From: Malacoraja senta
Lineage: Eukaryota
NCBI GenBank assembly: GCA_038087875.1
Contig: CM075989.1
Location: 22,198,001 to 22,262,000, forward strand
DNA length: 64,000 nucleotides
Reading direction: 5' to 3'
Below are positions 48,753 through 59,827 of the stretch, piece by piece. The notes below the pieces were generated by a model. The model did no database searches and was not told the origin of the DNA. It saw only the letters and a program-made list of their open reading frames with translations. The position numbers and the translations under genes were made by a program. Numbering within the stretch: position 1 is the first letter of the stretch; each line of letters begins with the position of its first letter.

Positions 48753-48997
48753 AACAATGACATAGACAAGCTCTTAACTGTGATGAAGAGGTGATGAAGA
48801 GAGAAACAAAACTCCTAACAGGAGGATATCTCCTATCCACATGCTCCTGAGGCCATACATGTCCCATGCATGTTCTTCCATCGACAGAAAAACATGAGAT
48901 GCCTGTGATTTATTTTCTGTACCATGCTGCTGCCTATTACGGCCAGGTTTGCTTTGCCAGAAGGTCAGTCAAAGTAGTAACTTTCAAAAGGGAATAG

Positions 48998-49235
48998 GCG
49001 CTGTCTATACGGAGTTTGCAAGTTCTACCTGTGACCTGCGTGGGTTTTCTCCAGGATCTCCGGTTTCCTCCCACACTCCAAAGACGTACAGGTTTGTAGG
49101 TTAATTGGCTTGGTGTAATTGAAAATTGTCCCTAGTGTGTAGGGTAGTGTTAATGTGTGGGGATAGCTGGTCGGCGCGGACTCGGTGGGCCGAAGAGCCT
49201 GTTTCTGCACTGTATCTCTATACTAAACTAAACTA
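48998..49235 (+). mobile_element. HE1-type V-SINE, 5'-truncated
   Basis: V-domain and tail. Confidence 0.9.
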
Positions 49236-49354
49236 ATTGGATGCAGACTTGAAATTGAAACATATGAAAGGTCGGCAGAGTGTGTTGTGCAATGGAACTA
49301 ACCAGGTGGCCCTTCAATGTGTTACTCAGATCATCGTGGGCTAAATGGTAATGG

Positions 49355-49995
49355 TCTATTACTGTCATGTGTACCAAGATACAGTGAAAAAATTTGTTTT
49401 GCATACATGCCACATAAGTATATCAGGTAGTGCAGATAAAAAAAGGTCTCCAGGACCTTTTCTCCAAGGACTCCAGCGAGGTAGATTCGAAGTGCAGGAA
49501 TTCATTCCGAGCATGTGAGAGGTCCATTCAAGAGGCTGATAACACAGGGAAGAAGGCGTTCTTGAGTCTGGCGTACGTGCTTGTAAGCTTTTGTTACTTT
49601 TCCCCTACGGGACAGGGGTGAAGAGAGAAGATATGAAGGTCCTTGATTATGTTGGCTGCTTTTCCAATTATTATGAAGTGCAGATGGAGTTAGTTGATGG
49701 GGGAGGAGGGGGAGATGGAAGGCTTATTTCTTGTGAAGGACTGGGCTGCATTTACAATTCTCTCCAAATCCTTGCAGTCTTTTGGCAAAGCAGTTGGCAT
49801 ATCAAGTTGTAATGCATCCAAATAGGATGCTTTCTCTGGGGCATCTAGTGAATTTGGTAATTTAAGAATTTCCTTAGCCTTCTGAAGAAGTAGAGGCATT
49901 GGTGAGCTTTCTTGGCCTTGGCACCAATGTAGTTGTACCAGGAGAAATTGTTGGTGGTATTTGCACCAAGGAACTTGAAGCCCTCAACAGAGTTC
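49355..49995 (-). mobile_element. Rex1/Babar-like LINE 3' fragment, decayed
   Basis: VEGFKFLG...KKAHQCLYFFRRLRKF motif plus tail. Confidence 0.75.
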
Positions 49996-50061
49996 ACCTG
50001 CGCACCATGATATAGGCTAGGGCGTGAACCAACCTGGTTCCCAGATAACATTTATAGATTG

Positions 50062-50183
50062 AAGAAGGGTTTCGGCCCGAAACGTTGCCTATTTCCTTCG
50101 CTCCATAGATGCTGCTGCACCCGCTGAGTTTCTCCAGCATTTTTGTGTACCTTTGATTTTCCAGCATCTGCAGTTCCTTCTTA
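50062..50183 (+). mobile_element. Short PLE-derived insert with 15-bp flanking duplication
   Basis: AACATTTATAGATTG at 50047-50061 and 50184-50198; core TGAAGAAGGGTTTCGGCCCGAAACGTT. Confidence 0.9.
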
Positions 50184-52108
50184 AACATTTATAGATTGTT
50201 GTCTTGACATCAAGCTACTAAACTCCCTATCCCTTCCTGTAGTCCATTTCATCATTGTTTGAGGTTTCAACCTCACAGTGGTGTCAACTCCAAACTTCAA
50301 TGGAATTAATATATTTAAATGGCATCAACTGCTAAGAATGCAGGTCCTATGCAGGTATCTATCGCATATTTACTACGCAATGATTTATTTCCATAAAATT
50401 GTGGCATCCTTAAACATCAACATGTTTCTTGTGAAGGTGACGTAAATACATGTTTAGCAAACGTGCAGGAAGGAACTGCAGATGCGAGTTTATACCAAAG
50501 ATAGACAAAAAATAGTGGAGTAACAGGCAGCATCTGTGGAGAAAAAGAATAGGTGATGTGTTGCATCCTTTAAATCTTGTTCTGAAATTCTACTCAAAGG
50601 TAGTTTGCACTGAGAGCCCACAATGCCTAATGACCGGACTCCATGCAAATTTCAAGAAATAATATAATTGGATAACCATTAGAATAGCATATTGGCTTTT
50701 CTAATAAGGTTAAAATCCATTTTCCTTGCACTGGTAGTAATATTATTGACCTTAAGTGCTCAGGTCCAATGAATTACAAAGTAGAGGAGAACAATAACTT
50801 GTTAGAGCATGATATATATTTTCGTAGATTATTGTGATAAGGTCTGTATGTCGCGACCCATTGGCGTCAAACTAATCCGGCAATATTCAGCACTACATTG
50901 TTCTTAATCAATAACTAATTATCAAAGTATGGCTGAGGTAGCAGTTCTTTCAGAATTCCTTGTTAAAAATGGCTTTTGGCAGTGAGCAGGAAGAAAGGTC
51001 GCCTCATTGACATCGTCACAAGCCTTTCAACATCTACTGCCCTGTCACATTGAATTACTGTTACTAACTAATTGATATAAATTTAAACAGAAGAATGCTT
51101 GTTACTGTGGGATGTCATAATATCATCTTCGGTAAGTGTGCATAAGGACAAGTACACTGTAGATTCCCACTCTAACAGATGTAAATTAGGTTTGGCACAG
51201 CAAGAACATGAATATGATTAAAAATAAATCCAAAGGAATTTAGAAGAGCATATTGTTTTCTTCTGACAATTCCAGGTACACTTCTATTGAAAATCCTCAA
51301 GAGTTATTATCAGGTTTCATTTCATTTCACTGAGCATGATTTAGAATTCAGTTGGACCATTAATTGGGTGCTTTGCAAAGTAGTAACAACAAATAACTAT
51401 TTAGTGGTGCTTGAAAGTATTCATGAATAAAATCCGCTGGCACGCGTCGGTGTATCTGTAAACAAGATGAGAAAGAATAAGGGTCTCAATAGCAGAAATT
51501 GAATGGTACAATTCAAAAATTGGGTTCCATTCATGAAAATGGTTCCAAATTACTAATGGTGAAAGGCATACTCAATTCAGAGCTCTTTCCATTCAAAATG
51601 ACTTTAGCTAGATTCGCAAAGGAAAGGTACTTTTGGTCGTAAAAGTAAACTTACTTCAGTCCACTGTACATGATCTTATAGCTTGTCCTGCGATCCTGGC
51701 TATAAATATGTCCTTCACATGATGTGACACATTGATTTTTGATTGTTAATTATCATGTCGTTTCATTCATGGTTCCACAAATTTCTCATATCAATATAGT
51801 GAACCCTGGAAAAAGTTTATTGTTCATAGGGTTAGCACTGTTGTAGAGTCATCTGCATTTAATTTTGTTATTTTAAGGCAAAGTTGTAATTTTGTATAAT
51901 TTTTGAATGTCTGAAAACCTTTATAAAAACATGGTGTTATAACTTAGAGTTTCGTGAGTAAGGTGAAGCTGTTTCCTGACCAAATTAAACGCAGCAACCA
52001 TGAAATTATGCAATATATAATTATTTTGAATTGTAGAATAATTGGATTTCATACAAAGGTATAGACATGATTGCTGCCAAACACAAATTAATTTGAACAA
52101 AATAAATG

Positions 52109-53291
52109 GTGTTTTCTTCGTTGATACAAATTCAAGATATTTGTATTAAACTTAATACAAATCTTTATGGTCAAAGATTTCAAATATCAAAGAAAGTTAT
52201 GCACAGAACAGGCAATATGACTATTGATTACAGGGTTAAATATTTTACAGCAAAACTGAAAATGAATAATGTTGTACATGAGAAACATGTATAAAAGTGT
52301 CAAATAAAAATATCTAAATAGTTGGAAATCATCCCATCAATAATATATGAATCACTTAACTAAATGAATTCCATGGGAGCAATTTTATAACCGGAAAATT
52401 AATATGAATTCATCTTATTTTTTGAAAAGTTAGTCTTGTTATGATCAGTTGCTATTCAATGTTATTTTTAATTGGGGTTAAAATTTAATCAAACATGCCT
52501 GTTAATACTGAAGAAAAGAAAATAATTCTAATTCAGTGCATTATTGGATCGTATCGTAATAAACCTGCAGCCTGAATGTTTTCATATTTCTGCTGGTTTT
52601 AGATATGTACACCAGCACTCCTTGTATTCGCTGATAAATGTTCAAGGCAAGAAAAACAATGAGCAGCCAATTAAAAACGAGGGAGCACTGTTTGTTGGGA
52701 GAGTAAAGACTGAATTACCTTAATTCCCTTTCGGGGAAATCTTGGGTTGAAGATCAACACCGCTTTTCAACCTAATGCAGTTTTATTCTTCATTGAAGGC
52801 TTGGTTGAGTAATATTTATTCTCCACAGAGCATCAAGCTATTCTCCGGCCTAAAACTTAATATTCAATGAGGAACTATTGAGCTGACCAGGGTTTCAGAT
52901 TTAGCAAGGTATTGACATCACCACATAAGGGTCCAGTGATTAAAGATAACTACAAAATGTTTCTTTATTTTTAACCTGCTTGTTCATGACATTCAGGACC
53001 TAAGCTGATTCATATCATCATAGGGTTTAAAGCTCTTTCACATCAGCGATTTTGAATGCAAATAAAACCTGATTCCCTCGATCACCGGGAGACCAACAAA
53101 TAGTCATCAAGTTTCTCATGTGTAACTTTACTCACTTTCAGTTTTCTTAATGTTCATTATTTGAGCCTGTTATCAATTGACATATTCCCTGTTCTGTGCA
53201 TAACTCTCTTTGACATTTGAAATCTTTGATCGTAAAAATTTATGTTAGGTTTAATACAAATATCTTGAATTTGTATCAATGAAGAAAACAC
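52109..53291. repeat. Long inverted repeat (arms of at least 180 bp, spacer ~0.6-0.8 kb)
   Basis: 52109-52242 versus the reverse complement of 53158-53291 gives ~15 mismatches in 134 bp; weaker similarity continues inward. Confidence 0.92.
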
Positions 53292-53295
53292 AACC

Positions 53296-53458
53296 TTCGA
53301 GAAAACTTTAACGTCCAGGTTCAGGAACAGCTTCTTCCCTTCAGCCAATAGGCAATTAAACACTACAACCTTTAAATAAACTCTGAACTACGTAGACCAT
53401 TATTGTTATTATTAGACTTTTATTGCTTGTTTGTTTTTAAAGTGTACATATGTGTGCA

Positions 53459-53494
<36 letters not shown>
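53296..53494 (+). mobile_element. Rex1/Babar-like LINE 3' fragment ending in (TG)n(TA)n
   Basis: ACGTCCAGGTTCAGGAACAGCTTCTTCCC (RFRNSFFP motif). Confidence 0.7.
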
Positions 53495-53495
<1 letters not shown>

Positions 53496-53868
53496 CACAG
53501 GCTCGGCGATCGTTTCACTGAACACCTCCGTTCAGTCCGTCTTAGCCTACCTGATTCCCGGTGGCTCAGCATTTCAACTCCCATTCCCAATCCCAATCTG
53601 ACCTTTCTGTCCTGGGCCTCCTCCATTGTCACAGTGAGGGCACAGAGCACATTGGAGGAACAGCACCTCATATTTCGCTTAGGTAGTTTACACCCCAGCG
53701 GTATGAACATTGACTTCTCTAACCAGATAGCGCTTGCTTTCCCTCTCTCACCATCCCCACCCCCTTCCCAGTTTTCCCACCAGTCTTACTGTCTCTGACT
53801 ACATTCTATCTTTGTCCCACCCCCTCCCCTGACATCAGTCCAAAGAAGGGTCTCGACCCAAAACGTAT
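53495..53868 (+). mobile_element. PLE GIY-YIG endonuclease fragment plus 3' UTR, bounded by (TA)n
   Basis: HRLGDRFTEHLRSV...LEEQHLIFRLGSLHPSGMNIDFSN; degenerate hammerhead at ~53840. Confidence 0.85.
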
Positions 53869-53909
53869 ATATATATATATATATCATATCCTGGTATATA
53901 TATATTTAT

Positions 53910-54148
53910 CCGGGTTCAATCCTGACCTCAGATGCAGTCTGTACGGAGTTTGTTCATTCTCCCTGTGACCCAATTTTCTCTGGGTGCTCCGGTTTCCTCC
54001 CACATTCCAAAGACGTGCAGGTTTGTAGGTAAATTGGCTTTTGTAAATTGTCCCTAGTGTGTAGGATAAAACTAGTGTACGTTGATTGTGGTTGGCGCAG
54101 ATGCTGTGGTCCAGAGGGCTTGTTTCCACGCTGTATCTCTAAACTAAA
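53910..54148 (+). mobile_element. HE1-type V-SINE, 5'-truncated
   Basis: B box, V-domain and tail. Confidence 0.88.
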
Positions 54149-54391
54149 GTATTGGAAAAACATTCACTTTTCCAAAAGACATGTTTTATTGACTACCTGA
54201 CTTAATGTACAATATTTCTGGAAATGTTAATCGAAATAGAAATACATGAAACCATGTAATATCTAATCATATAGGAACTCAGAGGGTCAGTCAGCAACTG
54301 GGGAGGGAATGGAGAGGTGACGTTATTTGAGTGGGGACACTTTAGCATGAAGAATGGTCCCAACCTGAAATGTGAATAAGGGTCCCAACTC

Positions 54392-54645
54392 GAAACGAAA
54401 CGATACAATAGAACTTTATTTATCCCAGGAGGGAAATTGGTCTGCCAACGGTCATAAAACACAACAGGATAGATGAAACATGAAATTAAAGTGACGAGTG
54501 GAAAGTCCAGGATTTGGGATGTGCAAAGATTGGAGAGGGAGGGGTGGGAGGGTGGGGAAGGGAAGTCAGTCTACCCCACGACAGAAGGGGGAGCAGTTGT
54601 ACAGTTTGATAGCCACAGGGATAAAGGATCTCCTGTGGCGTTCTG
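54392..54645 (-). mobile_element. LINE 3' tail nested in a PLE remnant
   Basis: AATAAA and an (TTTCG)n-like tail on minus. PLE terminal sequence lies on both sides (54280-54390, 54655-54765), with ACTCGAAAC repeated at both junctions. Confidence 0.6.
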
Positions 54646-55216
54646 TCCTACTCGAAACTCGAAACGTTGCCTACCCATTCCCTCCCCAGATACTGCCTGA
54701 CATATTGAATTCCTCCAGCACTTAGTGTTTCGCTGATGATACCAACAGCGGCAGTCTCCTGTGTCTCTAATATATAATCATTCTCAAAATAAATTCTTTT
54801 GTTTAAAAGGAATGAGTGTTCATGTTCGGGCAGAGCGATGAATATGCGAGTGATTTGGCAGTACCATTTGTTATTTGTATTTCAATTATTTAAAAAAACT
54901 TACACTAAGCATAATTATGAGGTCACCTCTCCACTTCTGCAGCATTTGCCACAAATTTGTTATATTGCACCACGGTGCTCATTAGGATAAATTTTGACAG
55001 AATCACAGAGGGGATTGTTTTTCCCCACAGTGTATCTAACACGAAAGAACTCTTTAGTCAAGTATGGCAAGGTCATTAAGAATCCTTTAACATGTGGCTT
55101 GATTCCAAGAATGAAAACTTGTCCTTAGAATTCGGATGTTAGAAGTTGCAACATGTAAAACACATAACTTTTCTAAGTTTTTCTGTGAGGAAAAAAGGCA
55201 AACAGCTTAGACAAAA

Positions 55217-55705
55217 GGAGGATGAGGGGTGATCTTGTTAAGCTGTATAAAATCATGAGAGGAATAGATCAGGTAGATGCTCAGAGTCTCTTGCCCAGAG
55301 TAGGTGAATCAAGGACCAGAGGACATAGGTTTAAAGTAATGGGGAAAATAATGAATAGAAATCTGAGGGGTAACTTTTTCACGCAATGGGTGGTGGGTGT
55401 ATGGAACGAGCTGCCAGAGATAGTTGAGGCAAGGACTATCCCAACGTTTAAGAAACAGTAAGACAGGCACATGACTTATCCCTAACCAGACTGAAGAAGG
55501 GTCTCGACCCGAAACTTCACCCATTCCTTCTCTTCAGAGATGCTGCTTGTCCCGCTGAGTTACTCCAGTTTTTTGTGTCTATCTTCGGTTTTAACCAGCA
55601 TCTGCAGTTCCTTCCAACACAGGTATATGGATACAACAGGTTTGGAGGGATATGGACCATACGTGGGCAGAAGGGGCTGTTTCCACGCTGTATCACTCTA
55701 TGATT
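55217..55705 (+). mobile_element. CR1 (HER1-like) 3' fragment split by a PLE insert (55472-55620)
   Basis: RGDLVKLYKIMRG...FFTQWVVGVWNELP; insert flanked by ACAGGCACATG / ACAGGTATATG. Confidence 0.88.
55491..55518 (+). ncRNA. Minimal hammerhead ribozyme-like motif
   Basis: CTGAAGA-A-GGGT(CTCG)ACCC-GAAAC-TTC. Confidence 0.55.
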
Positions 55706-56681
55706 CTATATTCCAGGTGTTCGACAAACCGGACCACTTCTGACCCATCTAAATAATAGCTGGAAGATCCTAATGACATAATCAGAGCAGGCCGCTTGGA
55801 ATAAAACTGTATCCAAACAATGAAAGACTGCAGGTGTAATGAAAATCAGATGTTGAAAATTCACTCTGGATTATTTTCAGTGTCCGAATTTCCATGATCT
55901 AATTTTTATTCACTTATTTTTAATGTATGATACTTCTATAAATAGACCCATTAACCTGACATTGTAATTCGTTCAAAGTCAAATATTCCTAATTTAAAGC
56001 CCGCTTTGCTGACGGGTCCCAAGCCGGAGATGTATCACTCATCACTTTAACTAGTTGATAATGAGCTTTTAAGGAAATATTATCAACTCGTTTGTAACTC
56101 GCCCGATGCCGGCGACATGTTTATCAGAACCAAGCGGTGGTGAAAGAGTTACAAAAGGACGGGACGTTTTATTTAAGATGACTAATCCTGAATAGGTGAA
56201 AAGTGGAACTCTGTCCGAAAGTCTTTCAGTAGCTATCAGTGATTTGCCAGGGGCTCTGCCTGTGCAAGTGAATGCTGGCACAGAAGTGTAGATTTGCAAT
56301 AAATCTGTGCTTTTGTGTGTCGTTGCAAGAGCATGCTGAAATATTTGGACACTAATACCCATTCAATTTCTGAGCTCTATAAATAAAAGCTGCTTGAAAT
56401 GCAGTGGCCGTGAAGTGGTATTCTACAGGTCACAGCGGGAAGCGCATCCTTATTACCGCAGTAGGGGAGGAGGCCAGAGCAGCGAGACATCTAAATCAAG
56501 ACCTTTTTACCGCAGACAAAATCACTAGTAATAAAAAAAGGAGCCACGTTAGAAATTTTCTGGAGACCCGTGGCCATCATTATTTGAAGATAAAAGTATT
56601 TGAATGTGATGAAAAGAGATTAGGCTCATCTGTAGCGGCGTAATGGTAGTTCTGTTTCTCTTCAAGCCCTGGGTCAGTGCG

Positions 56682-56818
56682 GGAGAGAGAGGAGAGCGAG
56701 AGAGAGAGAGAGAGAGAGAGAGAGGGACAGAGGGAGGGAGTGAGAGAGAAAGGGAGGAAAAGACAGAGGGAAAAAAAGGGAGGAAAAGAGGAAGAAAGAG
56801 AGAGAAAGAGAGAGAGAC
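56682..56818. repeat. GA-rich low-complexity tract
   Basis: Directly visible. Confidence 0.9.
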
Positions 56819-56875
56819 GGACATGTTTGTGTTCATGTGTTTGTTTTTCTTTATGCCTCTGTGCCTTTGTCGACT

Positions 56876-57260
56876 TTTAGTTTAGTTTGGAGATGCATCG
56901 TGGAAACAGGTCCTTCGGCGACCAACGATGACCCATTCACACTAGTTCTATCCTACACACTTCGGGCGGCACGGTGGTGCAGCGGTAGAGTTGCTGCCTT
57001 ACAGCACTTTCAGTGCCAGAGACCCGGGTTCGATCCTGACCGCGGGCGCTGTCTGTGCAGAGTTTGTACGTTCTCCCCGTGACCTGCGTGGGTTTTGTCC
57101 GAGATCTTCGGTTTCCCCAAAGATGTACAGGTTTGTGGGTTAATTGGCATGGGGGGGAGGGGGGGGAAACTCCGTACAGACAGCACCCGTAGTCAGGTTC
57201 GAACCTGCTTCTCTGGCACTGTAGGCAGCAACTCTACCGCTGCCCCCACCCTGCCGCCAT
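56876..57260. mobile_element. Rearranged HE1-type SINE (minus copy whose middle is replaced by a plus-strand 5' part)
   Basis: Minus tail 56876-56962, plus head and V-domain 56963-57150, G run, minus head 57167-57260. Confidence 0.85.
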
Positions 57261-57905
57261 TGCAACAAGGCAAATGGTAGATTCAAGCTTCATCTCCTGA
57301 AATCCAATAACAATTCAATATTGCGCATTTGCCTGGTCAACTTTAAAATAAACTTGTAGGATAGTCATCATTTCAGAAGTGCTAAATTGTAAATGTGTGG
57401 ATGCCATTGTCTGATTAAAGGTTTGTGCATATTTGGTCCGAAATGATTGAACAATGTTAACCTATCCAAGAGATGAGTACCAGCAAAATAGAAACCCTCC
57501 ATTGGTGCTAATTATGCTTATAAATGGATAATTACAGACTCTTGACACCAATATTATTTTTCTCGTGAAAGATACAAATGTAAAACAGGATATCAAATGC
57601 AAGATCTCATGCATAAATTGACCAATTATAAGCCTAAATTTTTTTGTGAGTGATAACATTGCGATGCTTAACATATTCATATCAAATTCACTCCATGATT
57701 TAAATGGAAGCATTAATCCAAGCTCCTTTAAAATAGCAGGGAGACCAATTTGTTACGAGCACTCCAAGCAGTTGCAAGATAAAGTCACTCTCAACACTTT
57801 CACTGTAAACTGCAGTTATTAAAAATGTGATCCTACACTCACTTTAAAGAATATTTGCCCCCAAAAGCATGGGGTAAAAATAAAAGGATAGGTTGTGGCC
57901 TTCGA

Positions 57906-58175
57906 GGCGGCGCGATGGCGCAGCGGTAGAGTTGCTGCCTTACAGTGCTTGCAGCGCCAGAGACCCGGGTTCGATCCCGACGACGGGTGCTGTCTGTACG
58001 GAATTTGCACGTTGTCCCCATGGGTTTTCTCCAAGATCTTTGGTTTCCTCCCACACTCCAAAGACGTACAGGTTTGTAGGTTAATTGGCTTGGTATAAAT
58101 GTAAATTGTCCCTAGTGTGTGTCCCTAACGGACTCAGTGGGCCGAAGGGCTTGTTTCCGTGCTGTATCTCTAAAC
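57906..58175 (+). mobile_element. HE1-type V-SINE
   Basis: A and B boxes and V-domain; tail interrupted by a hAT MITE. Confidence 0.9.
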
Positions 58176-58372
58176 CAGGGATTCCCAACCTTTTTCGTCC
58201 CATTTACCCCGGCAACTTTAATAGCAAATAACAAGGTTATTTCACTTATTTATGAAAAACTAATGATGAACAGATACCGAATACAGTCAGTCAATGAGAG
58301 AAAATATGTTCAGATCCAGAATGAACAAATTTACCCCCTGGGGATAAATTTACCCCAGGTTGGGAACCCTTG
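58176..58372. mobile_element. hAT-Charlie-like MITE (197 bp)
   Basis: TIRs CAGGGATTCCCAACCT / AGGTTGGGAACCCTTG; exact 8-bp TSD CTCTAAAC (58168-58175, 58373-58380); subterminal TTTACCCC repeats. Confidence 0.92.
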
Positions 58373-59091
58373 CTCTAAACCTTCAGCCTATGATCGTTTT
58401 AAGTGTGGCATCTCCACTGTGAACTTGGAAAGATCCAATAGTTCGCATTTAATAGCCACGTAATCTCAGTAGCAACTTTTTAAGTCGTGCCGGTTCCAAA
58501 ACTGACTGCATACAGAGACAGAACAATGGTACACTGTGAATAACCAAGCATCTGGATTTTATACTTTCGTTCCACTTGGCTTAAGTTAAAGTGTTGTGTG
58601 ACTGCATGCTTAGAGTCAAGTAGTCCATCCACTACATTAGGCGCAGCACGGACAAATAATGGTGTCCAGGAGAAATGTCTTTAGCATATTAGAAACTGAC
58701 TACAATATTGGTTTAAGTGCTTTATATGGACAAACAGGATAAGGGGAACATGGGAGAGTATTTGAGTCATCAGAAGCCAGCTTTACTCAATAAATTCAGG
58801 AGCAGTCGGCTTTTCCTGGGACCCACTTGAAACTCCTCTTCAGTCGATTGTTGTGTACACTCATGCTAAAGAAGGATTTTGGAGCACCGTGTTGTAGAAG
58901 ATTGTTGTGGTAAATGAGTGCGTCTGAGGAGCGAGGAGAGCAAACAAAAACCTGGGTTTGTGATCCTGCCCATTGAGTGCAGCTCAGACCAGCAGGATTT
59001 AAGTGTGCTGGGGAAATGGAGACAGGCCTAAGAAAATTCACGAGCGGAAGAAGGAGTGAGATGTAAACACGTAAAAACTAAGAGCAGCAAA

Positions 59092-59370
59092 GTTTACAAA
59101 AAGTGGTGAACACTGCCCAGTTCATCACAGCCACTGACCTCTCCACCATCGAAGGGATCTACAGGAGTTGCTGCCTCAATAAAGGCAGCCAGCATCATCA
59201 GGGACCCACACCACCCTGCCCATGCTTTCCTTTCACTCCTGCCATCGGGAAGAAGGTAAAGGAGCCTGAAAACTGTAATATCCAAGTTCACGAGCAGCTT
59301 CTTCCCAACAACCATTAAACACTGCAACCTCCAAATAAGCTCCCAACTACATAGACTTGGGGGCATTGTT
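59092..59370 (+). mobile_element. Rex1/Babar-like LINE ORF C-terminus
   Basis: LQKVVNTAQFIT...AASII.DP.HP...LPSGRR motif across frameshifts. Confidence 0.8.
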
Positions 59371-59371
59371 A

Positions 59372-59827
59372 TTGTAAATTGTAAATTGTCTCTAGTGTGT
59401 AGGATAGAACTAGTTTATGGGTGATCGCTGGTCGGTGTGGACCCAGTGGGCTGAGGGGCCTGTTTCCACACCATCTCTAAACTAAACTCATCAGCAACCC
59501 CAGAATATTTTACTTTAGTTTACTTTGGAATTACAGAGTGGAAACAGGCCCTCCGGCCCACCGCGTCCGCGCCAACCAATTATCACCCCGTCCACAAGCA
59601 CTACCCTGCACACTCGGGACAATTTACAATTTCCAGCAGATAATAATTAACCCGCAAGCCTACACGTCTTTGGAGTGTGGGAAGAAACCGGAGCACCCGG
59701 AGAAAACCCACGCGGTCACAGGGAAAACGTACAAACTCCGTACAGACAGCACCCGTAGTCACGATCAAATCCGGGTCTCTGGTGCTGTAAAGGCAGCAAC
59801 TCTACCGCTATGCCACAGTTCTGCCCC
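59372..59827. mobile_element. Tail-to-tail HE1 pair (plus 3' part 59372-59488; minus full copy 59513-59827)
   Basis: SINE tails face each other across a ~25-bp spacer. Confidence 0.88.

Noticed and set aside
50935..50956. let-7-like start TGAGGTAGCAGTT
   Set aside because: Similarity ends after ~13 nt and there is no precursor hairpin.
52106..53363. Two similar short ORFs (VFSSLIQIQDICIK...) as paralogous genes
   Set aside because: They are the two arms of the DNA inverted repeat read in opposite directions; no coding evidence.
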